From an uncultured archaeon (GTDB lineage Archaea > Asgardarchaeota > Heimdallarchaeia > Heimdallarchaeales > Heimdallarchaeaceae): 50,438 nucleotides of DNA. The notes under the pieces are model-generated. The model was not told where the DNA came from. It saw only the letters and a list, made by a program, of their open reading frames with translations, and searched no databases. Where the stretch lies: the NCBI GenBank assembly GCA_964534625.1, contig CAZHRF010000020.1:1-50438 (forward strand), written 5' to 3'. The translations under genes and the position numbers were made by a program. Shown here one piece after another: positions 9,313 to 21,382 of the stretch. Position 1 is the stretch's first letter, and the number at the start of each line of letters is the position of its first letter.

Positions 9313-11973
9313 TTAGTTGTTCTCTGTAGATTTATGATGGTTGGTTATTTTTTCCAAGTAACAAAAACCGATTTGATTAATAGAATTCATGTTAAGCATC
9401 AACCGCTTTCCATCCTCAAAATCCTCTGCATCGATTATTTTTAGTATCGAAACCCATTTTTCTTCACTAGGAAACATCATAGGAAGTTGATTAACTGCAT
9501 CATGGAAAAATCGCCTATTGAGCACATCTTTATTTTTGTACGGATGCAAAGCAAAATATAATAAATCCAATTCTACCAGATTATTAAAAAAATGTGTTCC
9601 CAAACTAACATCAGGAATTAATCCTTCATGCATTTCAGCTACCTCACAGATAAATTTCATACGATTAATTTCAGCAAAATTAACTGGAATTCCTAAGCTA
9701 GGTGAAGAAGTACCCCAACGACCTGGTCCCATCAATAATATCGATTTTTGATCCGAGGATAAGTGATTATTTATTTTCCCAACTAAGCGCGCAATTTTAT
9801 GACGATCTCGGATAGGAAGCTGGCCATACCCTATCGGATCTATATAGACGATACGATCTACGATTGTTGCAATACTTGTTCCTATAATTGGTCCATGAGA
9901 TTTAATAATTACATCTTTATCAGAGATTTCACCGATTTCTTTAATTTTTTGGGTAGTTTGTTTAACAAGAAACGGGCGACACTGTAGAAGATTAATTTTG
10001 TAGTTTTGATGTTCAAAAAAGTTTATAGTAAATTCTATATCAACAGGACAATTATAAGCTTTTTCTAAAATTTGTAACATGTTTTTCATATCTTCTACAA
10101 ATCGCGTTTCTTTAAGTAACTCATCAAAAGTGATGAGCCAAGCATAAACATCCTCACCATCATTGGCTTTAGCTTTTTCTAAGACTGTTTTATCAATTCT
10201 AGCATAAATTTTAATGGGATATTCTGGTATTTCTGGAATAATCTGGCGTAAAGGATAGGTAATATATCTGTTTTTTTCTAGATCAATTAAATCAATTTTT
10301 TGTTGAGAATATTCGTGGACTTCATTGATATTATGCACGGGTTTTAGTGATGGGGCATTTAATGCTATAATTTGGCTATAATCATCATCTGTTCTATCAA
10401 CTGCACGAGTACCTAAACCTATAACAAGACGAACTAAACCCGCTTTTGGATCAATCTTAGAATCCCATACAAAAGGATTGTAAGAATAACCTACTCCTGC
10501 TGCTTGAGGAAAAAAATAATGGCCATATAACTGACCTGAAACCCGTTGAATTAAAAGGGCCATTTGTTCATCTTTTTTTAATAATCCTCGAACTTTTCGG
10601 TAAGTTAAAGCATCTCTTGCTACAGTACTCGCATAAATTTCACGAATAGCATCAATCAACTTTGCAATTCGATCTTCTAACGATCCTTGATTGGCTAAGA
10701 AGACACTTTTGTATTTTCCAGAGAAAGAATTCCCATAAGCATCTTCTTGTATACTACTCGAGCGTACAATTATTGGCGATTGCCCATAATAATCAAGCAT
10801 ATTCTGAAATTGTTCTATAATATAAGGGGGGAAAGATCCTTGTTTGATTTTTTCTTGAGTTTTTTCGAAACCGTCAAGAAAATGTTCTTCTGTAGAAATT
10901 CTACGGCGATCCCACCAAATATCGTTTTCTACCAAGAACGAATAAAAAACTTCTGAACCTATATAATATGAATCTTGTACTTCCAAAATTTCATCCCATT
11001 GTATATCATTATTACGCAAAATTTTTTGTGCCAATAGCATGCCAACAGATTTACCTCCTATCATTCCAGTACCAACCAGTCTTTTACCAATAGTTAAAAT
11101 ATCTGAGAGTTGAAAATGTTCAACTGCTAAACTAAATAATAAATCTTCTTTAACAATTATCATCTTTAGCAACCGATTTTTAAAGATATCAGCTTGAATG
11201 GGAGAAATCTCGCCAAGAACAATACGTTCAAGAGTGTCTTGAGCCCGATTAAATGTGATATGCCATACATCTCTATGGGTTTGGCCTCGAAAATCCAACC
11301 ATGGTTGATGGCGAGTTGCCAAAATTTTTGAAATAATCGCACTTTCTTTCAGCGGAATAACTACTTCGTTATCTGGTTCCCTAATCCATTGATGGAGTGT
11401 ATACATAGTTGGAGAGTATCTTTGATCTACTTTTAAAGGATAAATATAGAACGATTGCTCACTTTCATATACATCTATAACGACTTGGGCAGTTTTACGG
11501 ATATTATTAACTATGTTCATTGAATGACGATTCCATATCAGAGCAAAATATGCAACGGTATCAAATTTATTCAAGTATGGACAAATCAACATAAAAAAGT
11601 TCCCTACCATTACATCTGAATACCAATCAGCTGATAAATCGCTTAATAAATCAAAAATAAAACATGCCCCATAACCAATATCTTCGATCACAGATATGAT
11701 CTGTGAAATGAATTGCTCAAATCCTTTTTCGGGGTCTAAAGTATATATACGAGCTTTTATATCGTTAGGCAATAAATTTGGATGATTTGCAAATCTGAAA
11801 TAGATTAGCTCCTTTTTTTCAAAGTAAGCTTTTCGGGCAAAACGTTCAACAAAAGGAATATATTGATCGATTGACTCAATCTGGAATACAACATTGTCCC
11901 CAACTAATAAATTATGAAGCACCCGATCTAATGAAGGAATTCCGGAACTAAATTGAAGATTTACATCTTGCAT
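9313..11973 (-). CDS. gdhA-associated PEP/pyruvate-binding (PPDK_N) domain protein with degenerate RecA/KaiC-like N-terminal domain
   Basis: FSSGIPSLDRVL; IGGKSVG; IIVRSSSIQED...FSGKY; GLGTRAV; VDIEF...LLQCRP; GPGRWG...LGIPV; SLGTHFF. Confidence 0.8.
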   Translation of the reverse strand: MQDVNLQFSSGIPSLDRVLHNLLVGDNVVFQIESIDQYIPFVERFARKAYFEKKELIYFRFANHPNLLPNDIKARIYTLDPEKGFEQFISQIISVIEDIGYGACFIFDLLSDLSADWYSDVMVGNFFMLICPYLNKFDTVAYFALIWNRHSMNIVNNIRKTAQVVIDVYESEQSFYIYPLKVDQRYSPTMYTLHQWIREPDNEVVIPLKESAIISKILATRHQPWLDFRGQTHRDVWHITFNRAQDTLERIVLGEISPIQADIFKNRLLKMIIVKEDLLFSLAVEHFQLSDILTIGKRLVGTGMIGGKSVGMLLAQKILRNNDIQWDEILEVQDSYYIGSEVFYSFLVENDIWWDRRRISTEEHFLDGFEKTQEKIKQGSFPPYIIEQFQNMLDYYGQSPIIVRSSSIQEDAYGNSFSGKYKSVFLANQGSLEDRIAKLIDAIREIYASTVARDALTYRKVRGLLKKDEQMALLIQRVSGQLYGHYFFPQAAGVGYSYNPFVWDSKIDPKAGLVRLVIGLGTRAVDRTDDDYSQIIALNAPSLKPVHNINEVHEYSQQKIDLIDLEKNRYITYPLRQIIPEIPEYPIKIYARIDKTVLEKAKANDGEDVYAWLITFDELLKETRFVEDMKNMLQILEKAYNCPVDIEFTINFFEHQNYKINLLQCRPFLVKQTTQKIKEIGEISDKDVIIKSHGPIIGTSIATIVDRIVYIDPIGYGQLPIRDRHKIARLVGKINNHLSSDQKSILLMGPGRWGTSSPSLGIPVNFAEINRMKFICEVAEMHEGLIPDVSLGTHFFNNLVELDLLYFALHPYKNKDVLNRRFFHDAVNQLPMMFPSEEKWVSILKIIDAEDFEDGKRLMLNMNSINQIGFCYLEKITNHHKSTENN

Positions 11974-12161
11974 GAATCTAAAATAAGACAGAGTTTTTGA
12001 TAAAGCTTATCATTAGGTTATTATGATATAATTTGAATAGTTGTATAATAAAACATGAATAGTTGTATCAAGTGATCTAGAGCTGTTTGTATTTTTTGCT
12101 AATTTTTTATCTATTTTGATTAAAATCCAATCCAATTCGTGAATAATCACTCAATTCATAA

Positions 12162-13550
<1,389 letters not shown>

Positions 13551-13646
13551 ATTAGGTCATAATAATTTTTGGTATAGATTTAACAAAACTGTTTGAAATA
13601 CAAAGACATCAATTATATCAAGTATCGTGGCAATCTTGCCATTTAG

Positions 13647-13880
13647 TTGTTGTTGGAACTAGATGTTGTGCTTTATGGTATTCTATTCTATGGACTTATG
13701 GTAGAAACAAATGGAGATGTAGCAGATGGGATATTCACACCAGATGTATTATTCATCTATCCAATTTATTTGCATGTTGTACTTTTTGCTATATCTCTAA
13801 CACTATATACTCAAAAAGAATCGTTTAATAAGGTAAGGGAAGGAATAATAAAAAAGAGAAAAGCAAAATTTGAACGGTAA
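13647..13880 (+). pseudogene. Probable 3' fragment of a small membrane-protein gene
   Basis: Two hydrophobic stretches and a basic tail, with no convincing start. Confidence 0.25.
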
Positions 13881-14019
13881 GAAGATTAGCAAAGAAATGA
13901 AGAGTTTTTAATAGAATGAACTACTAAGAATACGTTTCTGATAATTAGATTCTTCTACTCCACTTAATCCTGCCAAAGTAGGAACTAGCTGCTTTTTTAT
14001 CTCATCAACTGGAAAGTTA

Positions 14020-14278
14020 CTCAGTTTGTTTTCCATGTTCTTTGATATATCCATTTATGTATCATCTCATTATCTATACTTTAATTTTACTATACTTATT
14101 CAGAAAGCCCACTCCTTTAGGATGGATTAGTTCATATGTATACTATCTATTTGGGTTATTCTAAAAACTTGTTTCATTAATTAATTCGTTTATGTTTGAA
14201 TACTTACTGCTTAAATAGAAGAGAAGATGTTGATAGGTCAGTATTAATAAAGTTCCGCGGATAGCGTTTAAAACTAGC
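14020..14278. repeat. Copy 2 of the PNPOx-5' direct repeat; starts a 48-aa chimeric ORF (14054..13908, minus strand)
   Basis: ~54-bp near-identical core plus diverged blocks. The ORF reads MDISKNMENKL, then unrelated SNFPVDEIKKQ... Confidence 0.75.
14104..14134 (+). mobile_element. Isolated IS200/IS605/IS607-like terminal hairpin remnant
   Basis: aaagcccactcctttaggatggattagttca resembles the GAAGCCC..CCTTTAGG..GG.TAGTTCA end motif of TnpB-family elements. Confidence 0.45.
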
Positions 14279-14512
14279 TTGGTAAAATACAACATATTTA
14301 ACGCGAAGTAATGAAAAATCAAAGTTGAGATTTGAAGAAAAAAGAAACACGGGAAAATATTGATGATTTGTTTCTTTCCTTTATTTTTATCTGTTGCTAT
14401 AATTTCGGTAATCAAATAAGCAAAGATACGTTCTAAATGGATAAAATCTTAATCTTTACGTTAATTCGGAAGACCATAATTTCACTTACATAGATAACCG
14501 ATATAGTATGTT

Positions 14513-15214
14513 TTAATCTTGTTTCCAAATGAGGCCACAAGTTAACGGATTATCCTCAATAAGTATCTCTGCTAGTTTTGAACAATCCTTTAAAGGAGAA
14601 AGATCTAAAAAGTGTAATTTGTTACTGCTTAGAAATAAAGAGCTCAAATTGAGACAGTTTTGCAAAGGAGAAAAATCAATTGTTGTTAAGGAGTTTTCTG
14701 ATAATTCTAAAATTTTAAGGCTTACACATCTTTGCAAAGGGGATAAATCAATCTGTGTTAATTGATTAATCCATAAAGAGAGTATTTCTAAATGTAGACA
14801 ACGTTTAAGGGGAAAAAGGTTCACACTTTTCAATTCATTACTAGACAGCCACAATTTTTCCAATTTCAAGCAATTAGCTAAAGGATAAAGATCAATGCAT
14901 TTCAGAGTATTATCGTGTAAAGACAATTCTTTTAATTTTGGACAATATTTTAAGGGGGTAAAGTCTATATCTATTAGACAGTTGTTATCTATGAAAAATT
15001 CTTCTAAATTTGTACAATACTGTAACGGTGAAAGATCAATATTCTTTATTTGATTACAAGAAAGATTCAATATTTTTAGATTCTCACATGCTTGTAAAGG
15101 TAATAGATCTATTGTTTCAATGAATTCTGCTAATTCTAATGCTATGATAGTTTCAGGATTTTCTATATCTTTTTCAAAGAATGATCCATCATTTTTAGTT
15201 CCTATTATCTTCAT
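14513..15214 (-). CDS. Leucine-rich repeat protein (22-aa IDLSPLxxCxxLxxLxLxxNxL repeats)
   Basis: About 9 tandem LRRs visible in the translation. Confidence 0.92.
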   Translation of the reverse strand: MKIIGTKNDGSFFEKDIENPETIIALELAEFIETIDLLPLQACENLKILNLSCNQIKNIDLSPLQYCTNLEEFFIDNNCLIDIDFTPLKYCPKLKELSLHDNTLKCIDLYPLANCLKLEKLWLSSNELKSVNLFPLKRCLHLEILSLWINQLTQIDLSPLQRCVSLKILELSENSLTTIDFSPLQNCLNLSSLFLSSNKLHFLDLSPLKDCSKLAEILIEDNPLTCGLIWKQD

Positions 15215-15379
15215 TCTTATCTTTCCATTAATTAAAACAAATATAACAACTTTGTTTTATTTATTTTATTTTATTTTCCTTTGCTACAGGTAAATCATAT
15301 TCCTCTTCTTCACGTTGCCAGTTGGGTGAAGTGCTATATTTTTAGGAAGGTTCCTAAAACTGCTAAAAAAACTCATCAA

Positions 15380-15575
15380 GCAAATCTTCCATTTTGAGTT
15401 TTTTTTGATGTATATATTTAGGGCCTTTTGCTGATAATTCGAAAAATACTAAATCTGAACAATAAAAAGACCATCATTCATCTTTTAGAAATCGAAGTAA
15501 AGTATTTTGTTGAATTTCTTGTACTTCTACACCAATAAAGGGAAAAAAGAATGAATTATCAAGGAAAAATTTCAT
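15380..15575 (-). pseudogene. VapC/PIN toxin pseudogene
   Basis: Own translation: MKFFLDNSFFFPFIGVEV...LKDE*WSFYCSDLVFFELSAKG. ATG overlaps the antitoxin stop (ATGA); internal stop, truncated. Left coordinate approximate. Confidence 0.65.
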
Positions 15576-15804
15576 TTGCTTGCTTCCTCAGAAAGTTGTT
15601 TCCTGTGTTTTTTCAATTCTTAAAAAGAAACATGTACTTTGGGTTCCTTACTTAAAACTTCATCTATTGTAATGACTTTTTCAACTATTAATCTTCCGTG
15701 AACAATAGTGTATTTGACTTTTTGACCCGGTTTTAAACCCATTTTTCGCGAAAAGCTTTAGGTGGAAATAATTCATCTTTTGACCCAACCTTACCCGTAC
15801 TCAT
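15572..15804 (-). pseudogene. AbrB/MazE/SpoVT-family antitoxin, frameshifted
   Basis: MSTGKVGSKDELFPPKAFREK / MGLKPGQKVKYTIVHGRLIVEKV...SEEASK*. One A is missing in gaaaaatggg. Confidence 0.7.
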
Positions 15805-15856
15805 TTTCACCAGATAAAACATCTTTTTTTCTGATATATTAAGATATCAATAAATA

Positions 15857-15965
15857 TAGTAGTTATAAAATAGTGTTCTAATTGTATGATCTCTGTCATA
15901 GCATAGGTTAAAATTCTCTTTAAATGAATAGAACTTTTGAATATTTTCTTAATTCGGAAGTACTA
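15857..15965. mobile_element. 109-bp MITE, copy A (ISH3-type termini)
   Basis: Collinear with the reverse complement of 43226..43334. Right TIR ttcggaagtacta intact, left TIR decayed; flanks aaata/taata. Confidence 0.8.
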
Positions 15966-16084
15966 TAATACAACAAATTTGTAACAATGACCCATTTTAA
16001 AATATCACAATGAGATATACTGAATTAACAAGATCAGAAAGCATACCTTGTTTCTCTCATGATCCATTAATAGCAAACTTTATG

Positions 16085-17185
16085 CTATTTTTTCTTACCT
16101 GATCTTGTTTTTTCTTGCTCATACCAGGTATTGAAGGCTAATTCAAGGGAATTTAAAACTTCATTAAGCTCTGTGTCCTCAGCAGGTTGTATTTTGTTAT
16201 CTTTAAATTTTAGTTTAAGAGCACCAGACCCTACACTCTCGGCTAGAAAGGTTTTAAGTTCTATTTCTTCCATTTTCATAATTTCAGCAGCTTCGTCAAC
16301 ATCTATCTGTCCATATAATTGTAGTATACCTTTAAAACGGTCAAGTTGTTTCTTTCTAGAATCAACTTGCTCCTCTGAAGAAGGAGTAGAAGAACCAGTG
16401 AATACCCAGGCCAAAGATAAGGCAATTAAAGGGAGAGTAAAAGCTGTTAAAAAAAGAAAAATTAGTGCAGACACCAAAAAAGGAAGCTGAACATTGGAGA
16501 TGGAAAACTTATTCTCTGCTTCTAATCTAAATAGTTCCATCAACGAACTAGATTCATTATTCATGATTACAAGAATTGAAAGAGTTTTAGATAAAACAGT
16601 TAGATAAATAACTAAATTCACAAAAATAAACATTGGGGATTGGTAAAAGAATGGTAATTCATAATTAAACTGCATTATGTAGTCCTTTGAGACAAATTGA
16701 GATAAATTATATGTGAATGTACCTTGTTTATTAAAAAAAGATAAGAAACGATACCCATTAATTAAATAAACTATTAATAAAGGAGTGCCAATAATTTCAA
16801 AAAACAAGTTAGTCTTATCAGTAAGATCCAATGACAAGTGTAAATAACTAGAAGCAAATAATGAAATTAAGAAAATAATATGAAATATTTGAGAAACTTG
16901 ATTATTATAAACAGTAACATTTACTATATTAACTGAATTATATTTGTAAAACTCAAATTGTACATTATAAAATATGATTGTAAGAGTTAAATTTTTAGGC
17001 ACTGTTTCTCCTTGAACTGTTTCTAGTTTGTGTTCTTGTACATAACTATTCAAGAAATTTTCAATTATTCTTGGAGATGGAACAATTAATATAAAAATAA
17101 GACTAATAAGGGCTATCAAACAGAATGTACGATAAAGATATTTTTGAATGGATTTACACTCTCTATTGAATACAAATTTCATCAT
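16085..17185 (-). CDS. Multi-pass membrane protein with C-terminal winged-helix/PCI-like domain
   Basis: Several TM segments, then RKKQLDRFKGILQLYGQIDVDEAA. Paralog of 29588..30688. Confidence 0.7.
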   Translation of the reverse strand: MMKFVFNRECKSIQKYLYRTFCLIALISLIFILIVPSPRIIENFLNSYVQEHKLETVQGETVPKNLTLTIIFYNVQFEFYKYNSVNIVNVTVYNNQVSQIFHIIFLISLFASSYLHLSLDLTDKTNLFFEIIGTPLLIVYLINGYRFLSFFNKQGTFTYNLSQFVSKDYIMQFNYELPFFYQSPMFIFVNLVIYLTVLSKTLSILVIMNNESSSLMELFRLEAENKFSISNVQLPFLVSALIFLFLTAFTLPLIALSLAWVFTGSSTPSSEEQVDSRKKQLDRFKGILQLYGQIDVDEAAEIMKMEEIELKTFLAESVGSGALKLKFKDNKIQPAEDTELNEVLNSLELAFNTWYEQEKTRSGKKK

Positions 17186-17355
17186 TCTTCCTCAGATAAG
17201 GTTTTATAATGAGTAGATATTTTAATTTTACCTTAGTTACAAGATAAAGAAAAAAAACAATATCTATTTGGATTATTATTACTATATTACATAATAGTAT
17301 TAAAGTAGCGTTTACACTAAGTATTTGCACTAAGTATAATGAACAGCAAAAATAA

Positions 17356-17532
17356 AGTTTTCATGTGAAAAAAAGTGATGTAACAGAATTATTACGTATA
17401 ACAGAAGTATATAAAGAAAAAGAAAAACCAGAGAAAGTCGAATTAATAATCATCTCACCCTTTATTGAAGAAAAAGCAGAAGACTTTGCTCAACAAACAG
17501 GAGTTATGGTGTATTCCGAAACAATGAAATGA
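17356..17532 (+). pseudogene. C-terminal remnant of a DUF3782-like PD-(D/E)XK nuclease
   Basis: HVKKSDVTELLRITEVYKEKEKPEKVELIIISPFIEEKAEDFAQQTGVMVY. Confidence 0.5.
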
Positions 17533-17732
17533 TATTTTTTAGTGCTTCCAATTAAATATTTAATACTAAATGAAAAAAAAACAAAAAATCCTTACATGTT
17601 TTTCTTCATTTTTCGAAAAATGTTTTTTCAGTACAAGGTAAATAAAAAAATGTACTCCTCAGGTGGGGTGGCTAGGCGTTTAAGTCGATGTTTACACTAA
17701 TATGAGAACATGCAGATGTTAATTGAAATTTT

Positions 17733-17775
17733 AGATTCTAAAAAAACTACGCTATTGAATTAAAGAAGATCACTA
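17733..17775. repeat. 43-bp direct repeat (second copy 19553..19595; partial copy 20279..20296)
   Basis: agattcta(a/g)aaaaactac(g/c)ctattgaattaaagaa(g/a)at(c/t)acta, 39/43 identical. Confidence 0.85.
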
Positions 17776-18812
17776 TTGATTGGGAGGACAAGTAATAATT
17801 ATTTCATGAGATTTTTTTATATTAGTAATTTTTTCTTTTTCTAATCTATTTTTTCCTATTCGGGTTTCTCCTTGTCCATATGAATATTGCCATGAAGGGA
17901 AAAATTGGTCAAAACCTTTATACATATCCCTGATTTCACTACAATTGTTGTATGTTACTAAAAATCCTCCTTCATGTTTTTTTAACAAATCACATAATAA
18001 TTGATGATTAAAAGCTTCATGATGTATTGCAAAATTACTATTGGGATATATGCCTTTAAACATCTTTGAATCGCCTTTTAAGTAATAAGGTGGATCGCAG
18101 AAAATAAAATCTTGTTTATGCTTTTTTATTACTCTTTCAAAAGAATCACATGTAACTTCTACGTTGTTTGCTCTAAACTTCCTTACACGTTTTAAGATTG
18201 CTTCATATCTTTTAGGATCAAGATATACTGAGGATCCCCAGCCTAAAAACATCGGACCATAAGATAATTGATGGTTATAATAATAGTAAGCAGCCAATTT
18301 TATTGGATCATCATCTAGCATTGTTTTTTCTTTTTCCGTCAAATGAACTTTTTTTTTGTTTCATATTCTAGAGTATCGGGTTTTACTTTTTCCCAATAAT
18401 TAAGAAGTATATGCCTGTTTTTAGTGTAATTCTTTTTATCTGGAATTAGGTTTTTCAATTCTTGATAAAGTTTTTCAGGTTCATTGATTTGAACATTCCA
18501 ATAATTTACTAAAATATCGAATATATCGTACCCTAAAACTTTAAATCCTAATTTTTTACTAGCTACAAATTCGAATGATCCTCCTCCAAAAAAAGGGGAT
18601 ACAATTGTATTTTCTATATTTTTGGGTAAGTATTCTATAATATGACCTATAGCTCTTGATTTGCCTCCTGCGTATCTTAAAGGAGAAAGATGGACCATTT
18701 TGTATTTATTCTTTGTATCTGGATTTGTACTTTTAATAGAATCTAAATAAGAGTTTATTCTAATTTCTTGTTTTTTTTTACTACTTATTTTTAAATAATC
18801 CAGTAAATCCAT
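17773..18812 (-). pseudogene. Dam/D12-class N6-adenine DNA methyltransferase split by a frameshift at an A9 tract (18349..18357)
   Basis: 5' ORF has SPLRYAGGKS and SPFFGGGS; 3' ORF has FCDPPY. One extra A gives continuous ETKKKVHLTEKEK. Confidence 0.85.
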
Positions 18813-18881
18813 AGTTTAAACTCAAAAACTTTTTTTAAAAGCATTACTATTATGAACTAGGCAAGGCTTTCTGTATCAATA

Positions 18882-19535
18882 TAGTACTTTCGAAATAAAG
18901 CTTATCTACCACCTCTTGTGTAAATAAGCGAAATTAGTTGTATTTTAAACATATAAAGCATAATCGAAGATCCTGACCACAAAAATTCCTCCAAGGATTC
19001 GTGGGGAGGTAAACAAGGATGAAAGATGACGAAACGCAAGCAGATATAACACGCAAGCAGTATCGTCGTAAGATAGACTATAGTAAGTGAAGGGTACTGT
19101 TAGTTGTTGTTTTCGAGGGTAAAAGGATTTATGTAATCGGTATGATGTTTCTATTGCTCACCGATGACAATACTCATGAATTTCGTCTGGAGAATTAACC
19201 CTCCAACTAATTGCTAAAAACCATTGTTCCCAAGATTAGTTCCAATAGATATGAAGTGTTACATCCATTGTTTTACCTGTTCCGCTTTTCATGATATAGA
19301 AAACATCAGTAATAGCCCCATCTTTTGGCCACTTTTGCATTATTTTTTTGACTTTCGAGGTTTGTTTTCCACCGATGACAAAGGTTACATTAGGCTTTTT
19401 CAAGACATTAACAACTTCAAAGGTATAAAAATATCTGTCAGCAAACAGTTTTTGGTTTTTTACCTTCTTTTTAAAAAGACTGCCAATCTTTTCATCTTCT
19501 TTAATTGCAGTACGTGTTCATTTTCGTATTGAAAA
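18882..19535 (-). mobile_element. ISH3-family (IS4-like DDE) transposase remnant with one terminal IR
   Basis: Minus strand reads LFADRYFYTFEVVNVLKK..VTFVIGGK and YCHR*AIETSYR. TIR-like tagtactttcgaaat at 18882. Confidence 0.75.
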
Positions 19536-19702
19536 CATACATATTTTAATTGAGATTCTAGAAAAACTACCCTATTGAATTAAAGAAAATTACTAGAACT
19601 TGATGTAAGATACGCTCATCCTCACATGTGTAATTAGAAAGTAGAGAAAAAGGCGATAGTCGAAAGTATTTTTATACCGAACAACAAGTTACTATTACTA
19701 TC

Positions 19703-19936
19703 ATGACTTCAGTTAATCTTGAAAAATCAGAAATTGAAGACTTAATTAGTTATAAGTTAAGAAATATTCAAAGAGAAATTGAAAAAATACTAGAAAGATG
19801 GAACGAAACATCTATTGAAAGGTTTATACAAAAAGCCAAAGATGGTACCTATGAAGAAGCAGAAAATGATGCGATAGATATTAGACAACTAGCTCTAGAA
19901 CAGAAAAAACTGCTGAAAATGAAAGATAAGCTATAA
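19703..19936 (+). CDS. Small putative antitoxin, partner of the DUF6516-type toxin
   Basis: 77 aa, helical. Stop overlaps the start of the downstream toxin-like pseudogene. Confidence 0.6.
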   Translation: MTSVNLEKSEIEDLISYKLRNIQREIEKILERWNETSIERFIQKAKDGTYEEAENDAIDIRQLALEQKKLLKMKDKL

Positions 19937-20307
19937 TGATGAAAATGAGAGCACATATTAACCTTCAACGTGCTTTGGAACATATCTAAAAGGCATTTAT
20001 GGAGTCTATAGTTAGTCTAAAAGTAGATGAAGAACGCCCTCTCTTAACAATTTATTTTAAAAATGGGATTTATCTGTATATCCGATACAATGACTTTGGG
20101 GAGTATTCGTATCAAATTATGGTCTCTCAAGATAAATATGATAGAATATGTTATGACAATTATGATGATCATTGAGATGTATCAACTAAACCACACCATC
20201 TGCATCAAAGAGGGAAGAAAAAAGCTAAAAAAAGTGAAATGATGGGAAAGCCAGATGAAGACATGCACATGTTATTTAAGATTCTAGAAAAACTACTCCA
20301 TAAGTGA
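19936..20307 (+). pseudogene. DUF6516/TumE-like toxin pseudogene with two in-frame stops
   Basis: ...LYIRYNDFGEYSYQ...RICYDNYDDH*DVSTKPHHLH...LEKLLHK*. Confidence 0.7.
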
Positions 20308-20547
20308 AATATTTTTCATTCTCATGCAAAATATACAAATTCCTAATAGATGGTAAATAGAACTAAAGAAAACAATTGTGAATGATATATAGCGTTCCAC
20401 TGGTAATCAAGTAATTTTCCATTGCCCATTAGGTGAGACCTTATTATTTCGGGCACATTACAAGAAGGTAGATAGAATTAAACCAGAGGGTTAAAACAGT
20501 TAATAAGATTTGAATATTTCCTGTCAAAATGGTAAAATTTATTTTCT

Positions 20548-20952
20548 TCAATATCGTCTTTTGAATTCATCATAAAGCCCTTTAAAGTAAGCTCTGAGTT
20601 CATCATAAACAATCTTCATACCCTTGTAATCCTCATAAGATATCATGTCATAATAATATCTTGCTTTCTCACTGGCATTTTTAAGGGTTTGATAATCTTC
20701 CATAACATTCAAAGGAATAAAAGCATTTAATCTTTGTAAAGTTTCATATCTCTGGTTATGGGTATGAGAATGCCTATATTGTTCTCGGATTGGAGAAACA
20801 GATAATGCTTTTTCAATTAAATGTATTATCTCATAAAATAGAATAATTACCCCCCACTGGGGATAGGTTTTGACCAAATTGTGTTTGTGGCAACTCTTTC
20901 TAAAGTTGTTATTAGAGAGATAAGCTCTTTGATGGTCTTTTGTAGTAGGCAT
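20548..20952 (-). CDS. HEPN-domain protein, cassette 1 (probable start ATG 20952; track ORF starts 20997)
   Basis: H..A..N...W...LFY..IH.IE..L...H..R...Y..L...S..ARY pattern. Confidence 0.7.
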   Translation of the reverse strand: MPTTKDHQRAYLSNNNFRKSCHKHNLVKTYPQWGVIILFYEIIHLIEKALSVSPIREQYRHSHTHNQRYETLQRLNAFIPLNVMEDYQTLKNASEKARYYYDMISYEDYKGMKIVYDELRAYFKGLYDEFKRRY

Positions 20953-20956
20953 TAGA

Positions 20957-21382
20957 TCACAATTTGTAAGTGCGTTCAAAATTGATTCTGTATACATTTA
21001 TCTTCTCAAGAATCAATACTTCTTTACGAGCAATTTTCTTTTCTTCATTTAGAGAGGGATTTTTGTTAAAAACATAGCTAACTACTATCCTGTTGCTGTT
21101 ATCTTCATGATATATATCATAGTCAGCTAATGAAACAATTTCGTTTTTTAATGACTTTAATGCTTGATCCACAAAAATAATTAATCTATTGAATTCATCT
21201 ATTTTCTCTTTATTATACCATCTTATTGTTTTTAGCTGTTCAATGAACTTTTCTTGTTTATCATACATGGTTAATGCTATATCTAAATTTAATTCTGTTA
21301 GCATGTCATATTTTTCTTCAGGTTTTTCTACAGATGCTAAATGTTTTTCAGACTCTTGATAATATTCTGGATCAGAACTCAT
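20957..21382 (-). CDS. Hypothetical protein, middle gene of HEPN cassette 1
   Basis: 141 aa. ATGA overlap with the upstream gene; ends 4 nt before the HEPN start. Confidence 0.6.
   Translation of the reverse strand: MSSDPEYYQESEKHLASVEKPEEKYDMLTELNLDIALTMYDKQEKFIEQLKTIRWYNKEKIDEFNRLIIFVDQALKSLKNEIVSLADYDIYHEDNSNRIVVSYVFNKNPSLNEEKKIARKEVLILEKINVYRINFERTYKL

Noticed and set aside
17306-17322. tagcgtttacacta-like words (also near 14262, 17690, 20390) and a partial TIR at 14463
   Set aside because: Too short and degenerate in AT-rich DNA, with no paired ends or TSD.
19224-19532. 102-aa plus-strand ORF
   Set aside because: Antisense shadow of the ISH3 transposase remnant.
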